A program made the translations under genes and the position numbers. A stretch of 64,000 bases of DNA from an uncultured Lentisphaerales bacterium. Lineage in GTDB: Bacteria > Verrucomicrobiota > Lentisphaeria > JABSQK01 > JAJFLO01. The stretch covers positions 4,265-68,264 of the forward strand of contig CAZTTH010000015.1 of the NCBI GenBank assembly GCA_964615975.1. Reading direction: 5' to 3'. The notes under the pieces were generated by a model. It did not search any database. It was not told the origin of the DNA and worked only from the letters and a program-made list of their open reading frames with translations. Positions 61,518 through 64,000 of this stretch are shown piece after piece (positions within the stretch are counted from its first letter, which is position 1; each line of letters opens with the position of its first letter).

Positions 61518-62960
61518 TCAGGGCGGCAGTTGCAGATTGTCGCTTGCGGCATTGATCCAGTAACCGAGATTGGCATTCAGCCGCTCCGGGCTGGCGAGAT
61601 AGGATTTCCCGTTCCATGACCAGACGGGTTGCCGGATGCCGCTGATGCTGGAGAGATTGGTGATGTCGTTGCTGACCCCAGCCAAATTCCAGTTTTGTTT
61701 CAGCAATGTACTGGACTGAAATTGATTGCCGCTCAAGGTCAATGACGGAAATGAGGCGCTTAGATAAATCCAGCACCCGGTATTCGCCGGCAATGATTCC
61801 AGGGTATTCTCCACTAAACGCTGGTTCGCATTATCATAGGTCCAGATCTTGCCGATTTTGGCATTGTTTAATTGCACAGCGGCCGCGGTGGAGGTGGAGA
61901 GTTTGCCGGGAAATGAAATCAGGTTCCAGCCTTGATGCAGGGTGTAAACGTGACTCCAGGGTGCTGGTTGTGCCAGGGTTACCGTGAACTGACACGCCCG
62001 GGTATTCCCCGCGGCGTCGGTGGCGGTGTAGGTAATGGTGGTGATGCCAAGATTAAAGCTGACCCCACTGGCGCTGACCGCACCCGATCCGGTGGTTGCT
62101 CCCGATAAAATGTAGCCGACACTCACCGAACAGTTGTCAGTAACATTGACCGGTCCAATGCCGGTAACGACTGCCGAGGTTTCATTGGCGGCCGTTTCAA
62201 TTACCATATTAGCTGGACAGGTGATGGAAGGGAGAATGTTGTCCTGAATCGTGACCGTTGCATTACAGGCGGCGGTGTTGCCGCCGCTATCAGTGACAGT
62301 CAGGATGACCTGGTTCTGGCCAAGATTGGCGCAGGTAAAGGTATTGGGGGAGACTGTCAAGCTTTGGATTTGACAGTTATCGGTTGAGCCGTTATCGACA
62401 GATGTGCCAGTAATTGCAGCTTGTCCGTTGCCATCCAAGGGCACTGTTATGTTCTTACAATTGGTTAATGGTTTGGTGATGTCGGTAATCGTGACTGAGC
62501 CGTTTGTGAACGAAGTAGTATCGTTCGTTTCTGGAGTCGTTTTCGCATTTATGGTATAGGTTAAACTGCTGACGCCACAACTAAGCCCTTTCATTCTAAA
62601 CGAAAACAAGATACCGCTACCGCTATTGACACTGTTTCCATCAGGATTGAAAAAAGGAAATGTTAATATTCCGGGAGGATTCGTCGACACACCTACTTGG
62701 ACCAAAGTCCCTTGATTAGCTCGACTAACTGGAATAGTACTCCGAATTCTATTCAGGGTATCGTTATATTCCAATAATTGACTGTTGTAATGGATTTGCA
62801 GGGTGAACGAACTCAGATTCGGACTCGCGACACTCACTACGATCTCAACAGTATCGCCTTCCTTGACCGAATAAGACCCCGTTGAAACCGTGGTCAAGGA
62901 CCAGGAAAAAGGTGCGGTAAGAAAAAAAAAGATAATGATTACTGGATTCCAACGGTGCAT
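61518..62960 (-). CDS. secreted surface protein: cohesin-like domain + two HYR-like Ig modules + C-terminal GWNLISFP-type domain
   Basis: The signal peptide is MHRWNPVIIIFFFLTAPFSWS. The cohesin-like part is YSVKEGDTVEIVVSVASPNLSSFTLQIHYNSQLLEY. The HYR-like parts are (...TDNCQIQSLTVSPNTFTCANLGQNQVILTVTDSGGNTAACNATVTI; ...VTDNCSVSVGYIL...TYTATDAAGNTRACQFTVTL). I chose ATG 62960. Confidence 0.7.
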   Translation of the reverse strand: MHRWNPVIIIFFFLTAPFSWSLTTVSTGSYSVKEGDTVEIVVSVASPNLSSFTLQIHYNSQLLEYNDTLNRIRSTIPVSRANQGTLVQVGVSTNPPGILTFPFFNPDGNSVNSGSGILFSFRMKGLSCGVSSLTYTINAKTTPETNDTTSFTNGSVTITDITKPLTNCKNITVPLDGNGQAAITGTSVDNGSTDNCQIQSLTVSPNTFTCANLGQNQVILTVTDSGGNTAACNATVTIQDNILPSITCPANMVIETAANETSAVVTGIGPVNVTDNCSVSVGYILSGATTGSGAVSASGVSFNLGITTITYTATDAAGNTRACQFTVTLAQPAPWSHVYTLHQGWNLISFPGKLSTSTAAAVQLNNAKIGKIWTYDNANQRLVENTLESLPANTGCWIYLSASFPSLTLSGNQFQSSTLLKQNWNLAGVSNDITNLSSISGIRQPVWSWNGKSYLASPERLNANLGYWINAASDNLQLPP

Positions 62961-63137
62961 GGCTGATGATTCGCTGATTCTGTTTGTTTCGCCTATCAAT
63001 CATCCCATTCGGGATGTCCCGACAGGAATTATACGATAAAAATCCTCCCACATGGTAGCATCATACCGACTCTCCATCGCAGTGTTGGTTCGCGCGAGAC
63101 GAAACCAGTGGCGTAAGTCTCATGTCCTGCGCATATG

Positions 63138-63325
63138 CGGCGACGCAAGTTGGTGTTTTGCGTCGCTTGGAGTCCAGTCCCGCATGGTATGAGTTTAGCG
63201 TAGATTTTGCAGCTCTGGCGGAGTTTAGAGTTCATCCTTTTAGGATGCTCCTCTCTCAGGCATTATTGCCATTCAGGCTAAAAGCCTGGACTCCAACCGG
63301 CGCAAAACCCATACCGACGCAAACA
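63138..63325 (+). repeat. structured intergenic repeat, family A copy 2
   Basis: The core 63228-63303 is 72/76 identical to 1219-1294. The flanking arms 63152-63177 and 63286-63311 pair imperfectly (21 Watson-Crick pairs plus one G-U wobble out of 26 positions). Confidence 0.5.
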
Positions 63326-63473
63326 CAGGTCCGTCCTGCCGAATGGCAGGAAATGCTCCGGGCTTGCTTCATAAGTGGACAATTTATAAATGAATAATTT
63401 AATCTCAACTCGCTTGTAAACCATAGACAAAATCAAAGACACATGCTGCTTCCTGCGCATCTCCTGAAATTTA

Positions 63474-64000
63474 TCATCTGGAATTTTGGGGGATCGCTGT
63501 CGGACTTTCGCTGTCCGCTGACCCAGCAGGGTTCAGAGAATGCGGTGGATTATTTTTTATCTCGGTAATGGTCACCGCGCCGGTGGTGAATGAGGTTTCA
63601 TCAAAGTAATCGGGAGAGGTTTTGGCGATGATTTTATAGGTCAAACTGCTGACACCAGAACGCCGCCCTTTCATGGTGAATGAAAACAAGACCCCGTTTC
63701 CGCGATTAACTCCGTTGTCCTCCGGATTAAAAAAAGGAAAGGTTAGAATTCCGGGAGGATTGGTCGATACGCCAACCTGGATCAAAGACTCTGATTTAGC
63801 GCGACTCGAAGGAATGGTTCCGCGAATTCGGTTCAGGGTATCGTGGTATTCTAATAATTGGCTGTCGTAATAAACCTGAAGAACGAGTGAACTCAGATTC
63901 GGACTCGCGACACTCACCGCGATCTCAATCGAATCGCCTTCTTTGACCGAATATGTCCCGGTTGAAACCGTGGTCAAAGACCAAGTAGAAGTTGACAAGA
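63474..64000 (-). CDS. cohesin-like domain protein, short paralogue of 61518-62960 (N-terminus beyond the right edge)
   Basis: ...WSLTTVSTGTYSVKEGDSIEIAVSVASPNLSSLVLQVYYDSQLLEYHDTLNRIRGTIP...VGVSTNPPGILTFPFFNP... is collinear with the N-terminal ~145 aa of the neighbouring protein. Long stretches are identical at nucleotide level. Confidence 0.7.
   Translation of the reverse strand, partial: LSTSTWSLTTVSTGTYSVKEGDSIEIAVSVASPNLSSLVLQVYYDSQLLEYHDTLNRIRGTIPSSRAKSESLIQVGVSTNPPGILTFPFFNPEDNGVNRGNGVLFSFTMKGRRSGVSSLTYKIIAKTSPDYFDETSFTTGAVTITEIKNNPPHSLNPAGSADSESPTAIPQNSR

Overview
This is a 64-kb chromosomal segment with compact gene spacing and genes on both strands. I count about 50 protein genes and one tRNA-Leu(GAG). 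By eye I found no rRNA, CRISPR array, transposase, phage or plasmid genes. Most of the window is housekeeping: argG, ychF, prfA, rpmE, pnp, recD, hemA, ferritin, trxB, yebC-ruvC, thiC, a XerC/D-type recombinase, prfB (with the classic programmed +1 frameshift), ligA, transaldolase, rbgA, treZ-glgX and uppP. The less ordinary parts are as follows. (1) A single 1140-aa ORF fuses 2-oxoacid dehydrogenase E1-alpha, E1-beta and a lipoyl domain to a FabH-type KAS III. This is the most unusual object in the window. (2) A signalling cluster encodes a TonB-dependent receptor, a YfiR-like (DUF4154) protein, a hybrid histidine kinase with a CHASE8-type sensor domain, and a kinase with an N-terminal receiver. 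(3) One protein fuses a receiver domain to a Ser/Thr kinase. (4) The transaldolase reads through into a KPAA-repeat, histone-H1/AlgP-like tail. (5) Two paralogous cohesin-like surface proteins sit at the right edge, one of them carrying HYR-like modules. (6) Two families of short structured intergenic repeats occur: family A in 2 copies and family B in 3 copies. Family A shows a compensatory base-pair change and strand-specific G-U wobbles, which suggests a structured RNA. (7) There is one decayed small gene with a G8 tract. The surface-protein repertoire hints at a PVC-like or uncultured lineage, but that is only a weak inference. All family assignments come from motif recognition by eye, with no database search.
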